This document shows, one piece after another, positions 9,558 through 18,197 of a stretch of 64,000 nucleotides of DNA (position 1 is the stretch's first letter; every line of letters begins with the position of its first letter). The notes under the pieces were generated by a model. It made no database searches and was not told the DNA's origin. It saw only the letters and a program-made list of their open reading frames with translations. This DNA is from an uncultured bacterium (GTDB lineage: Bacteria > Bacillota_I > Bacilli_A > RFN20 > CAG-826), in assembly GCA_949288485.1 (NCBI GenBank), contig CASEKC010000001.1:7070-71069 (forward strand), read 5' to 3'. Both the position numbers and the translations under genes were made by a program.

Positions 9558-10174
9558 TTAAAACATCTTTTTCAATATATGTTTGTACATAAGAAGAATA
9601 AAATTCTTCCCAATCTTTAGCTTTGTTATCATATAATTCTGGATAAGAACCACGATGAATATAAAACCAAATATCTCCATAAGATTTAATATGTTTCTTC
9701 CTTTTTTCAATATATTCTTTTGCAGGAATAAAATAATCATTAAAATCAATTTCATTTATTTCTCTAAGTGAAAGACCATTTAATTCGATAAGAGAAGTTC
9801 TTCCAGCAAGAGATTCTTTTTTATAGTAAAATCTAATTTTTGTTTATTTGATCCAGATAAAATAAATTGAGAATATAAGTTATTAGAATCAACTAATTCT
9901 TGCAACGAACCAAAAATTTCAGGAGCTCTTGGAGCTTCATCAATAAATGTAGGAATGGTTAAATTATTAATAAAAAAGTCTGGATTTGTTTTAGCTTGAT
10001 TAATCATGAAATTTGTTTTTAATGAAACAGTTTCAATGTTTGGATATAAATGTTCAACAACTGTTGATTTTCCAGTTTGTCTTGCACCTAAAATTGAACA
10101 ATATTATTGTTTTTAAATGAATTTTCAATAACAAGTTCATTTGCACTTTTATAATATTTTGTAATTACAGACAT
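9558..10174 (-). pseudogene. AAA+ ATPase (AAA_14/DUF4143 type), truncated and frameshifted
   Basis: GARQTGKST Walker A, FIDEA Walker B, FILSGS, AGR, LSLRE in shifting frames; C-terminal half missing; ATG at 10174 with GAGGA RBS. Confidence 0.8.
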
Positions 10175-10191
10175 AAATTATTCCTCTTGGT

Positions 10192-10224
10192 TGGCTAATC
10201 TAAAGTTAAACTTTATTTTAGCCA
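10192..10224. repeat. Palindromic repeat copy 1
   Basis: TGGCTAATC-TAAAGTT-A-AACTTTA-TTTTAGCCA. Confidence 0.85.
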
Positions 10225-10507
10225 CTTTTTATATATTGCAAATACTATATATAAAATAATAGTAGATTAAATTTGAGTAAAGTTTGTAATTGAAAAATAT
10301 AATTAATTTTAAGTATTTTAAATGATTTAAAAACAATAAAGAAAATTAATGATATTAAAAATAATAAGATGTTAGTAGTGAAAAAATATGATGAACTTTT
10401 AAAATTAAGAAATAGCTAGGAAATTAATATTAATTAATTTTATCAAGCTCTTCACGATATTATTATAAATTTAAAATTGATATTTTTATTAATAAAAAAG
10501 TTTATTA

Positions 10508-10544
10508 TTATAACGTTGTTATAACAAATTATATAAAGTATAAT
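10508..10544 (+). promoter_or_regulatory. Sigma-70 promoter of the TA operon with overlapping palindromic operator
   Basis: TTGTTA(10516)-N17-TATAAT(10539); perfect palindrome TTGTTATAACAA 10516-10527 covers the -35. Confidence 0.6.
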
Positions 10545-10576
10545 AATTATATAAATAAATTTTAAAGGTTAAACAT

Positions 10577-10831
10577 ATGGAAAATACAAACATTACAATT
10601 AGAATTGATAAAGATTTAAAAAAAGATGCAAGCAAATTATTCGATGATTTAGGTTTAAATTTGACTACTGCAATAACTATTTTTTTAAAAAAAGCGGTAA
10701 GGGAGCAAAAAATTCCTTTTGAAGTTTCAAAGACAGATGAAATTCGATTTTTAGATAAAGAATCTTTAAAAGAGTTTGCTTTAAAAGAAACAAGAAGACA
10801 TCATAAAACTTATGAGGGACTTTCTAAATGA
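10577..10831 (+). CDS. RelB/DinJ-family antitoxin
   Basis: NITIRIDKDLKKDASKLFDDLGLNLTTAITIFLKKAVREQKIPFEV RHH signature. Confidence 0.9.
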   Translation: MENTNITIRIDKDLKKDASKLFDDLGLNLTTAITIFLKKAVREQKIPFEVSKTDEIRFLDKESLKEFALKETRRHHKTYEGLSK

Positions 10832-11203
10832 TTTGGTTAAATAAAGAAGACATCATTTTTTACATGATTATTTAATTGATGAATTTGGCGGAATAAAAGG
10901 AATAAGAGAAGAAGAAAGAATTGAATCGTTAATTGAACTTTCTTTTTTAAATTTGAAGGAAAAGAACTTTATAAGGGAAAGATAGAAAAAATAGCAAGAA
11001 TTTCTTATGCATTAACTGTTAATCATTGTTTTTTAGATGGAAATAAAAGAATTGGAGCTTTAGTTTTAACATTTTTATTAGAAAATAATGATATAAATAT
11101 AACATTTAATGATGATGAATTGATTCAAATTTTTATTAATATTGCTTCAAATAAATGGAAATATGAAGATTTTTTAAAATATTTAAAAGAGAAAGTGTTT
11201 TAA
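10828..11203 (+). pseudogene. Doc/Fic toxin, frameshifted
   Basis: ATGA overlap with the antitoxin; LHDYLIDEFGGIKGIR and NHCFLDGNKRIG Fic motif in different frames; two shifts at T-rich runs. Confidence 0.85.
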
Positions 11204-11349
11204 TCATTTCTTATTGAACTAAACGTAAAAATATTTTAAATTATTTTAAGTGATTGGAAAAAAATACCTTTAATTCTTATAAAAATTGATTCTATACTTC
11301 GAATCCTTAAAAATAAATTTTTTATAATTATTAGCATAAACTATCTATT

Positions 11350-11396
11350 AAAAGTGTGGCTAAATTAAAGTTTAACTTTATTTTAGCCACACTTTT
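11350..11396. repeat. Palindromic repeat copy 2 (47-bp near-perfect dyad)
   Basis: AAAAGTGTGGCTAAAT-TAAAGTT-T-AACTTTA-TTTTAGCCACACTTTT, one T/T mismatch. Confidence 0.9.
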
Positions 11397-11427
11397 ATTT
11401 TATAAATACTATTTTTATAAAAAATAT

Positions 11428-12087
11428 TTATTTATTTAAAGAATTAAGATATTCATTATATTTATAAAAACATTCACTAAAATGATAATATTCATTTATT
11501 TTAAATGAATATTTTAAGTAAGAACTAAGTTTATCTTTTATTGTGTCTTCATTTAACATTCCTACTGTTAAAATATTTAAATTATCATACATATCAAGAA
11601 GTTTTACTAATGATGCTTCTTTATTTTTTAAAACTTTATTTATATAAATTGAATAATCTTCTTTTTTATTGTGTGTTAATAAAAGAAGAGGTTCTTTTAT
11701 ATATTCATTAAAATATTCACCTAGATCATTTATTTTAAAAATATTGTATAAATCTAATGATGTGATTTGTGTATCTTCAATCACATCATGAAGAATAATT
11801 AATTCTTCAATTCCTTTATAAGGAATATTAGATTTAGTTAATATTTTTAAAATATCTTCATTATTCTTATCTTTATTAACATGAATTAAATCTCGATATT
11901 CTTTTAAGATATTTAATGGATGAATAATATAATCTTCATTATTATTTCTTTTTTGATCTTTATGGGCATAAAAAGCGACCATTAATGATAAAGAAATACT
12001 ATTTTTAGATAATTTACCAAGATAATTATCATCTTTAATATTAAATATACTCTTATAATTAGTTTTAATTTTATTAAATAATTCCAT
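11428..12087 (-). CDS. HD-domain protein, RelA/SpoT hydrolase (small alarmone hydrolase)-like
   Basis: AFYAHKDQKR..EDYIIHPL, LHDVIEDT, LLTH, LVKLLDMYDNL. Confidence 0.75.
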   Translation of the reverse strand: MELFNKIKTNYKSIFNIKDDNYLGKLSKNSISLSLMVAFYAHKDQKRNNNEDYIIHPLNILKEYRDLIHVNKDKNNEDILKILTKSNIPYKGIEELIILHDVIEDTQITSLDLYNIFKINDLGEYFNEYIKEPLLLLTHNKKEDYSIYINKVLKNKEASLVKLLDMYDNLNILTVGMLNEDTIKDKLSSYLKYSFKINEYYHFSECFYKYNEYLNSLNK

Positions 12088-12179
12088 ATTTTTATTTTCT
12101 CCTTTTTAAAATCTAATCTAATTTTAAAAAAGAAAATAAAAATATTGGTCAAATCTATTTTGACATTTTATTCATTTAT

Positions 12180-12569
12180 TTATTCAATTATTTTATTTTT
12201 GTAACCGTATTTAAATAATAAATCATTAACTTTATATAATTCATATATTTTATTTTCTAAACAATAACGAATTATTAAAGAATATTTAGATGATGAAGAA
12301 AGTGTATAATTAGCTTTTTTAAGTAAGTACTTGCATTCATGATTGGTTAAATGAAGTGTAAATACTATTTTTAAGATAGTATTTAAAGAAGGAATTGATT
12401 TAGAAGAAATAATCGAAGAATAAAGTTGTCTAGAAATATTTGCTTTTTTATATAATAAAGAAGGAGTAAAGTTATATTTATCCATTAAATAATATAAATA
12501 TGAAACAAAATCCATCTTTTTTTCTTTGTTTTGACTATGAAATTCAATATATTCTTCTAAACTCATCAT
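12180..12569 (-). CDS. XRE-like HTH protein
   Basis: LYKKANISRQLYSSI..SIPSLNTILKIVFTLHL...LLKKANYTLS.SSKYSLIIRYCLEN. Confidence 0.75.
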   Translation of the reverse strand: MMSLEEYIEFHSQNKEKKMDFVSYLYYLMDKYNFTPSLLYKKANISRQLYSSIISSKSIPSLNTILKIVFTLHLTNHECKYLLKKANYTLSSSSKYSLIIRYCLENKIYELYKVNDLLFKYGYKNKIIE

Positions 12570-12695
12570 ATATAAATAAAATTATATCAACCTTTATAAT
12601 TTTATTAATAATTCTTTTAATAAATAAGATAAGAAGAAGTTAAAATTTAAGATATATTATAGGAAAATATAGAAAATTTAAATATTTAAAAAAAG

Positions 12696-12730
12696 GTGGC
12701 TAATTTAAAGTTGAACTTTATTTTAACCAC
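12696..12730. repeat. Palindromic repeat copy 3
   Basis: GTGGCTAATT-TAAAGTT-G-AACTTTA-TTTTAACCAC. Confidence 0.85.
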
Positions 12731-12801
12731 ACATTTTATTTTATAAATTATATAGAAAGTAGATATATAGTAGATAATAAGTTATTAGTTAGTTATATAA
12801 A

Positions 12802-13875
12802 TTATTTATAAGAATCTAAAACTTCTTTGAGTAACCATGGGTCATCAGTCATTATCGCATCACATTTTTTATTTATTAATTCTTTCATTGTTTTTTCATC
12901 ATTAATTGTCCAATATTGAACAGCCATATTTCTTTCATGAGCCTCTTTAATATAATATTCCCAAGTTAAATCTATTCCATACATCGAAGGCGGAAACATC
13001 ATGGCAGCTAAATCATCAGTATTAAATAAATTAATTCCTAACATTGTAGTAATAACAAATTTAGCAGCGCCACTAGTTGAAGCTCCTCTAAGTAAAGATG
13101 AATAATTAGTAGATAAATAATTTTCTACTTCAGGATGAAAAGTTCCTATTATTACTCTATTTAAATAAGAAGGATATTTATTAGTCAATAATTCATTTAT
13201 TTTATCAGCGGCTTTAAATCCTCTTTCTCCTTCATCTTTTATTTCAACTATATATAACATATCTGGGTTAGTTTCATAAAAAGTAGATAATAATTCATCA
13301 AAAGTAAGTATTGATAGATCATTTTCTTTAATTATTTCTTTTCTTTTAGGATTATTAAATGATACTAAATCTTTATATGGATAAGTATTATTATTTTGAT
13401 CTAAAAAATTATATCCATAATTAAAGAAAGATAATTCTTCTAATGTATGATCTTTTATATAATATTTTTCTTTATTATTAGTATATATTTCTACATCACT
13501 TGTTCGATTAATTGAAGGATCATGATGTAAAACAAGCTCATTATCTTTACTCATATATAAATCAGTTTCTAATATATCAACATTTATTTCATAAACACTT
13601 TCTTTATAGGCTTTTAAAGTATTTTCAGGATTAGAGATACTTCCTCCTCGATGGGCACAAATCATTGGTAAAGAAGAAGTGGAAATAAATGGATTAAAAT
13701 CTAATACTCTTTTAGGAGGTATTAGATTTATAGTTAAAAGAAATATAAAAATAAAACCTAATATTGAAGAAGTAATAATTATTGCTTTTATACTCTTTTT
13801 CATTTTTTTCTTATTATTTTTATTATTATTTTCATTATTATTAATTTCACTTATATTTATATTTTCTTCATTCAT
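12802..13875 (-). CDS. Membrane-anchored glycerophosphodiester phosphodiesterase (GDPD)
   Basis: AHRGG..PENTLKAY, LETDL..SKD..LVLHHD, YWTIND, IMTDDP; N-terminal TM helix. Confidence 0.9.
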   Translation of the reverse strand: MNEENINISEINNNENNNKNNKKKMKKSIKAIIITSSILGFIFIFLLTINLIPPKRVLDFNPFISTSSLPMICAHRGGSISNPENTLKAYKESVYEINVDILETDLYMSKDNELVLHHDPSINRTSDVEIYTNNKEKYYIKDHTLEELSFFNYGYNFLDQNNNTYPYKDLVSFNNPKRKEIIKENDLSILTFDELLSTFYETNPDMLYIVEIKDEGERGFKAADKINELLTNKYPSYLNRVIIGTFHPEVENYLSTNYSSLLRGASTSGAAKFVITTMLGINLFNTDDLAAMMFPPSMYGIDLTWEYYIKEAHERNMAVQYWTINDEKTMKELINKKCDAIMTDDPWLLKEVLDSYK

Positions 13876-14056
13876 AATAGTTACCTTTTATATTTAAAAA
13901 AATAGTAGTAAATATTTTAATATTATTTTTAAGTAAATCAAAAAATAAGAATAGAAAATTATTATTAACTACTTAGTTATTAACAACGTAGTATATAAAA
14001 ATAATTAAATAAATTTAATATAGTAGATTAAAAGAAATCTAAAGTTTGATTAATTT

Positions 14057-15112
14057 TTATTTAAGGTTATATGAAATTTGATATCTAGTTGTATTTTCTT
14101 TACCATTACGACTTTTTTGTAAAATTTTGAAGCTTTTTACTCTTTTTGTTGCTCTTCTCATCGCTCCACAAATTGAACAAACAACATCTTTAAGATTTAA
14201 TTCATCTTGAATATCTTTACATTTTAAAATTATGTTATATGAACCTTTTGAAATACTTTCATCAAATTTTTTATTTATATAATCATCAAGTAATTTTTTT
14301 AAATTATTCCTATTATTTATTTTTGGAAGAACATTTTGAACATTGTCAAAATCTTTTCGAACTTGGTTTTTAACATTTTTTAAATAAGTATTCACATCAT
14401 TTTTTATCAAAGGATCGTTTTTATAACTATACCATAATATATGATCGATTTGATTAAACGTTAAATTTTGATTTTTTTCTTTTATTTCCTTACAAATTTT
14501 AAAGAAATTAACGTAGGAAAAATTATCTAAATTTGTATTTAATAAATCTTGATTCAAATATTTATAAGCATAATAAGGAAGAACATTTCTTACAACAGAA
14601 TCGTTAATAGTAAAATCATTTTTCTTATAAAACCATTCATCAAGATATTTAACAACTTTTGATGCTAAACTCTTTTGTTTTGAGCATTTCTTAGTTTTTA
14701 AATAATTTAAAATTTTATCAACGAGTTCGATATTTCCCTGTTTTAAATCTTCAAAAAAGTGGAAATTTTTATTAATTATATATTCTGTTATAGCATTTTT
14801 ACTTTCATTATCAGTTCTTGTTGAATTTTCACTAGAAATATTATCAATGATAAGTTTTATTTCTTTAAAAGTAGGATTATTTTTATCTTTTATATTATTA
14901 AAAGCTTCTAATCCTTTATTTTGATTGTAATTATTATCGCTTGATATAGCATCTTCAACTATTTTACTGTTATGTTCATTCAAAATAACCATTTGATTTT
15001 CGTCTAGTTGAAGATTTTTTTCGCATAAATTAATTTTTAAAGTATGTCGACAATATGGACAATAATTCCGATTAATATCAATTTTATTTTTGCAAATGCC
15101 ACATTCATTCAT
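14057..15112 (-). CDS. Hypothetical multi-domain protein: Zn ribbon + HhH-glycosylase-like middle + small C-terminal domain
   Basis: CGIC...YCPYC; SLASKVVKYL...FTINDSVVRNVL...QIDHILW; DIQDELNL...SICGAMR. Confidence 0.55.
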   Translation of the reverse strand: MNECGICKNKIDINRNYCPYCRHTLKINLCEKNLQLDENQMVILNEHNSKIVEDAISSDNNYNQNKGLEAFNNIKDKNNPTFKEIKLIIDNISSENSTRTDNESKNAITEYIINKNFHFFEDLKQGNIELVDKILNYLKTKKCSKQKSLASKVVKYLDEWFYKKNDFTINDSVVRNVLPYYAYKYLNQDLLNTNLDNFSYVNFFKICKEIKEKNQNLTFNQIDHILWYSYKNDPLIKNDVNTYLKNVKNQVRKDFDNVQNVLPKINNRNNLKKLLDDYINKKFDESISKGSYNIILKCKDIQDELNLKDVVCSICGAMRRATKRVKSFKILQKSRNGKENTTRYQISYNLK

Positions 15113-15214
15113 ATTTTAAATTATATAATTTTTTCTAAAAAATATTTAAAAAAAGTTGTTATTAGTAGAGCAATAAATTATTAGTTAAAGATTTATAGAT
15201 GTTATAATCTAAAA

Positions 15215-16138
15215 ATGATTAGAAATAACGTTTTTGAGCTTATTGGTAATACACCATTAGTTAAATTAAATAAAATTATTGAAAAATATGATTTATCTTT
15301 TAATCTTTATGCAAAAGTAGAAAGAAATAATCCAAGTGGAAGTGTAAAAGATAGAGCAGCTTATTATATTATTAAAGATGCTTTTGAAAAAAGATTAATT
15401 AATAAAGATTCGACAATTATCGAAGCAAGTAGTGGAAATATGGGAATTTCTCTTGCTTTAATATCATCTTATTATAATCTTAAATGTATTATTACAATGC
15501 CTTCAAATGCTTCAAAAGAAAGAATTAAAATGATGGAAGCTTATGGAGCAAAAGTAATTTTAACTAAAAAAGAAGAAGGGATGAAAGGAAGTATAAATGA
15601 AGCAAATAGACTCGCTAAAGAAATTCCATCTTCCTTTTTAACTAAACAATTTGAAAATGAAGCAAATATTAAAGCCCATTATGAAACAACTTCTAAAGAA
15701 ATATTATCTGATTTAGATAATAAGATTGATGTATTTATAGCAGGAATTGGAACAAGTGGAACATTAATTGGTAATGCAAAGCGTTTTAAAGAAGAATTAA
15801 AGAGTGTTGAAATAATAGCAGTTGAGCCACTTTCTTCACCTTTAATTAATAAAAATATTGCTGGAAGTCATTTAATTCAAGGAATTGGGGCTAATTTTAT
15901 ACCTTCTTTATATAATAAAAATTATGTTGATAGAGTACTTGATATAAGTAATGAAGATGCTTATAGAGGGGTTAAATTATTATCATCTTTAGAAGGATTA
16001 TTTGTAGGAATATCTTCTGGTGCTTCTTTAATGGCAGCATTAACTTTAAATAAAGAAATATATAAAAATAAAAATGTGGTAATTATTTTGCCTGATAATG
16101 GTGAAAGATATTTAAGTGTTGAGGGATTATATGAATAA
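15215..16138 (+). CDS. cysK: Cysteine synthase A
   Basis: [48 protein letters not shown]. Confidence 0.95.
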   Translation: MIRNNVFELIGNTPLVKLNKIIEKYDLSFNLYAKVERNNPSGSVKDRAAYYIIKDAFEKRLINKDSTIIEASSGNMGISLALISSYYNLKCIITMPSNASKERIKMMEAYGAKVILTKKEEGMKGSINEANRLAKEIPSSFLTKQFENEANIKAHYETTSKEILSDLDNKIDVFIAGIGTSGTLIGNAKRFKEELKSVEIIAVEPLSSPLINKNIAGSHLIQGIGANFIPSLYNKNYVDRVLDISNEDAYRGVKLLSSLEGLFVGISSGASLMAALTLNKEIYKNKNVVIILPDNGERYLSVEGLYE

Positions 16139-16931
16139 GACAATTATTAATTCTCTATTTAAATCAATGGAAAATACGAAAAAAAAGAATGATTTTTTAA
16201 AATTAAATAAAGATGAATTAATTTCTTTTTATAAAAATTTAATGCATGCGATGTTTTTAGATTTTATAAAAGAAAATTATAGTAAAAACGAAATTGATGA
16301 ATATATTGATAAATCAATATTATCATTAAAATTAGCTTTTAAAGATAAATATGACTTATTTATCGATAAATTTAAAGAGTTTTATTTAAAAGTTCCTTCA
16401 ATTAGAGAAGCATTACTTTTAGATATAAAGGCGATTTATGAAGGAGATCCTTCTTCTTTAGGATATGTTGAAATTTTTACGTGTTATCCTTCTTTTTTAG
16501 CAATAAGTGCTTATCGAATTGCTCATGAATTTTATTCTCTTGATTTGAAATTTATTGCTCGAGTAATAAGTGAATATGCTCATACTAGAAGTGGGATTGA
16601 TATAAATAGTGGGGCAAAAATTGGGAAATCCTTTTTTATTGATCATGGAACTGGAGTAGTTATTGGAGAAACATGTGAAATTGGGGATAATGTTAAAATT
16701 TATCAAGGAGTAACTTTAGGAGCATTATCTTTAAAAGATGGAAGATCATTACAAAATAAAAAAAGACATCCGACTATTGAAAATAATGTAACGATTTATG
16801 CTGGAGCTTCAATTTTAGGAGGAGATACAGTAATTGGAGAAAATTCGATTATTGGATCAAATGTTTTTATTACTAAGTCACTTCCTAAAAATTCAAAAGT
16901 AAGAAGTAAATGTATCGAGGATAATTTTTAA
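16131..16931 (+). CDS. cysE: Serine O-acetyltransferase
   Basis: [48 protein letters not shown] at 16131 preferred over 16116. Confidence 0.93.
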   Translation: MNKTIINSLFKSMENTKKKNDFLKLNKDELISFYKNLMHAMFLDFIKENYSKNEIDEYIDKSILSLKLAFKDKYDLFIDKFKEFYLKVPSIREALLLDIKAIYEGDPSSLGYVEIFTCYPSFLAISAYRIAHEFYSLDLKFIARVISEYAHTRSGIDINSGAKIGKSFFIDHGTGVVIGETCEIGDNVKIYQGVTLGALSLKDGRSLQNKKRHPTIENNVTIYAGASILGGDTVIGENSIIGSNVFITKSLPKNSKVRSKCIEDNF

Positions 16932-17055
16932 TATAGATATAGAAAAATGCGTTTCATTGAAATGTATTTTTTATTATTTGTCGATAATTTTTTGATTAAT
17001 ATTTCTTGTTTTTTTCTTTTTAAATAAATTTTTTAAAAAATTTTTATTTTTCCTC

Positions 17056-17204
17056 TTGCCACTTTGAAATTATCGATTATAATTATTTTACCTTTATTAA
17101 AAGTGGTTATTATTACATTGTAATAATAACCATATCTAATGAACTTTCACAATAAATATTGAACATTGTTGAATAATTTATTGTCGTTATATATTTTTTC
17201 TTTT
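17056..17204 (+). other. Promoter followed by two long dyads and a U-tract (candidate small RNA or operators)
   Basis: TTGCCA-N16-TATAAT (17056-83); perfect 14-bp IR 17104-17132; imperfect IR ~17149-17184; T-run ~17194-17204. Confidence 0.4.
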
Positions 17205-17384
17205 ACTTGTTTATTAGTTTAGTAGATTAATAAATACTGTTTTTTGACAACTATATTTTCTTTTTTAATTGATTAAGTATAAATAGAATCAATAAATTTT
17301 CTTTTTCGATAAAGTAAAACTATATATATTTTTTTGATGCGATAGAAAATAAATTAGTTTTATAATTTATTTAATTTAAAAGTT

Positions 17385-18194
17385 ATGAATGAAAAATTAA
17401 AAGATTTAAATTTGATTAAAAAAGTTTATTTAGAAGGATATAAATCTCCTCTTCCTTTTATTCCTTTTGACGATGAAATTAAACGTGGTATTTTTCCATT
17501 TTTTAAATATGAAAAAAGTTTAACTGCGATTATTGTTCCAGGCGGAGGTTTTGATTTTGTTTCTTTATTAAATGAAGGAATATTTATAGCTAAAGAATTT
17601 AATAAAAATGAGATGAATGCGATAGTTTTATCTTATGGAGTAAAAGAAAATGCAAAATTTCCTTTACCAATTTTAGATTTGGTTAAAACTTATGAATTTT
17701 TAGATAAATATTCTTCCATCCTTAATATTGATAGTAAAAATTATATTCTTTTAGGCTCTTCAGCAGGTGCTTTTTTAAGTCTTGCTTATTCTAGAAAAGA
17801 TATTGGCTATCAATTTTATAAAATTAAAAATCCACCAAAAGCTTTAATTCTTTCTTATCCTTTAGTTAGTTTAAAAGATAATTTAACCCATCAAGGAAGT
17901 AGAGATAATGTAATTGGAAGCAAGTTAAAAAATGAAGAAAAAGAGGATTTTTATTCTAATGAATTACATATTGATAAAGATTTTCCACCTTGTTTTATTT
18001 GGTGTTTTAATAATGATGAACTCGTTAATAGTTTTAATTCAAAATTATTAAAAGAAAGACTTGATGAAAAAGGCGTAATAAATGAACTTATTATTTATGA
18101 AGGAAAATATCACGGCATTGGTTTAGGAAGATTTACACCCTCATTTGGCTGGTTTAATTTAGCACTCGATTTTATTAAAAAGAATATTAACTAA
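17385..18194 (+). CDS. Alpha/beta hydrolase (esterase/lipase)
   Basis: IVPGGGF, LGSSAGA nucleophile motif, LSYP, PPCFIW..D..V, HGIG. Confidence 0.85.
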   Translation: MNEKLKDLNLIKKVYLEGYKSPLPFIPFDDEIKRGIFPFFKYEKSLTAIIVPGGGFDFVSLLNEGIFIAKEFNKNEMNAIVLSYGVKENAKFPLPILDLVKTYEFLDKYSSILNIDSKNYILLGSSAGAFLSLAYSRKDIGYQFYKIKNPPKALILSYPLVSLKDNLTHQGSRDNVIGSKLKNEEKEDFYSNELHIDKDFPPCFIWCFNNDELVNSFNSKLLKERLDEKGVINELIIYEGKYHGIGLGRFTPSFGWFNLALDFIKKNIN

Positions 18195-18197
18195 ATT

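Noticed and set aside
10192..12730. CRISPR array or canonical integron attC sites
   Set aside because: Copies are more than 1 kb apart, no cas or intI gene is present, and the RYYYAAC...GTTRRRY boundaries are absent.
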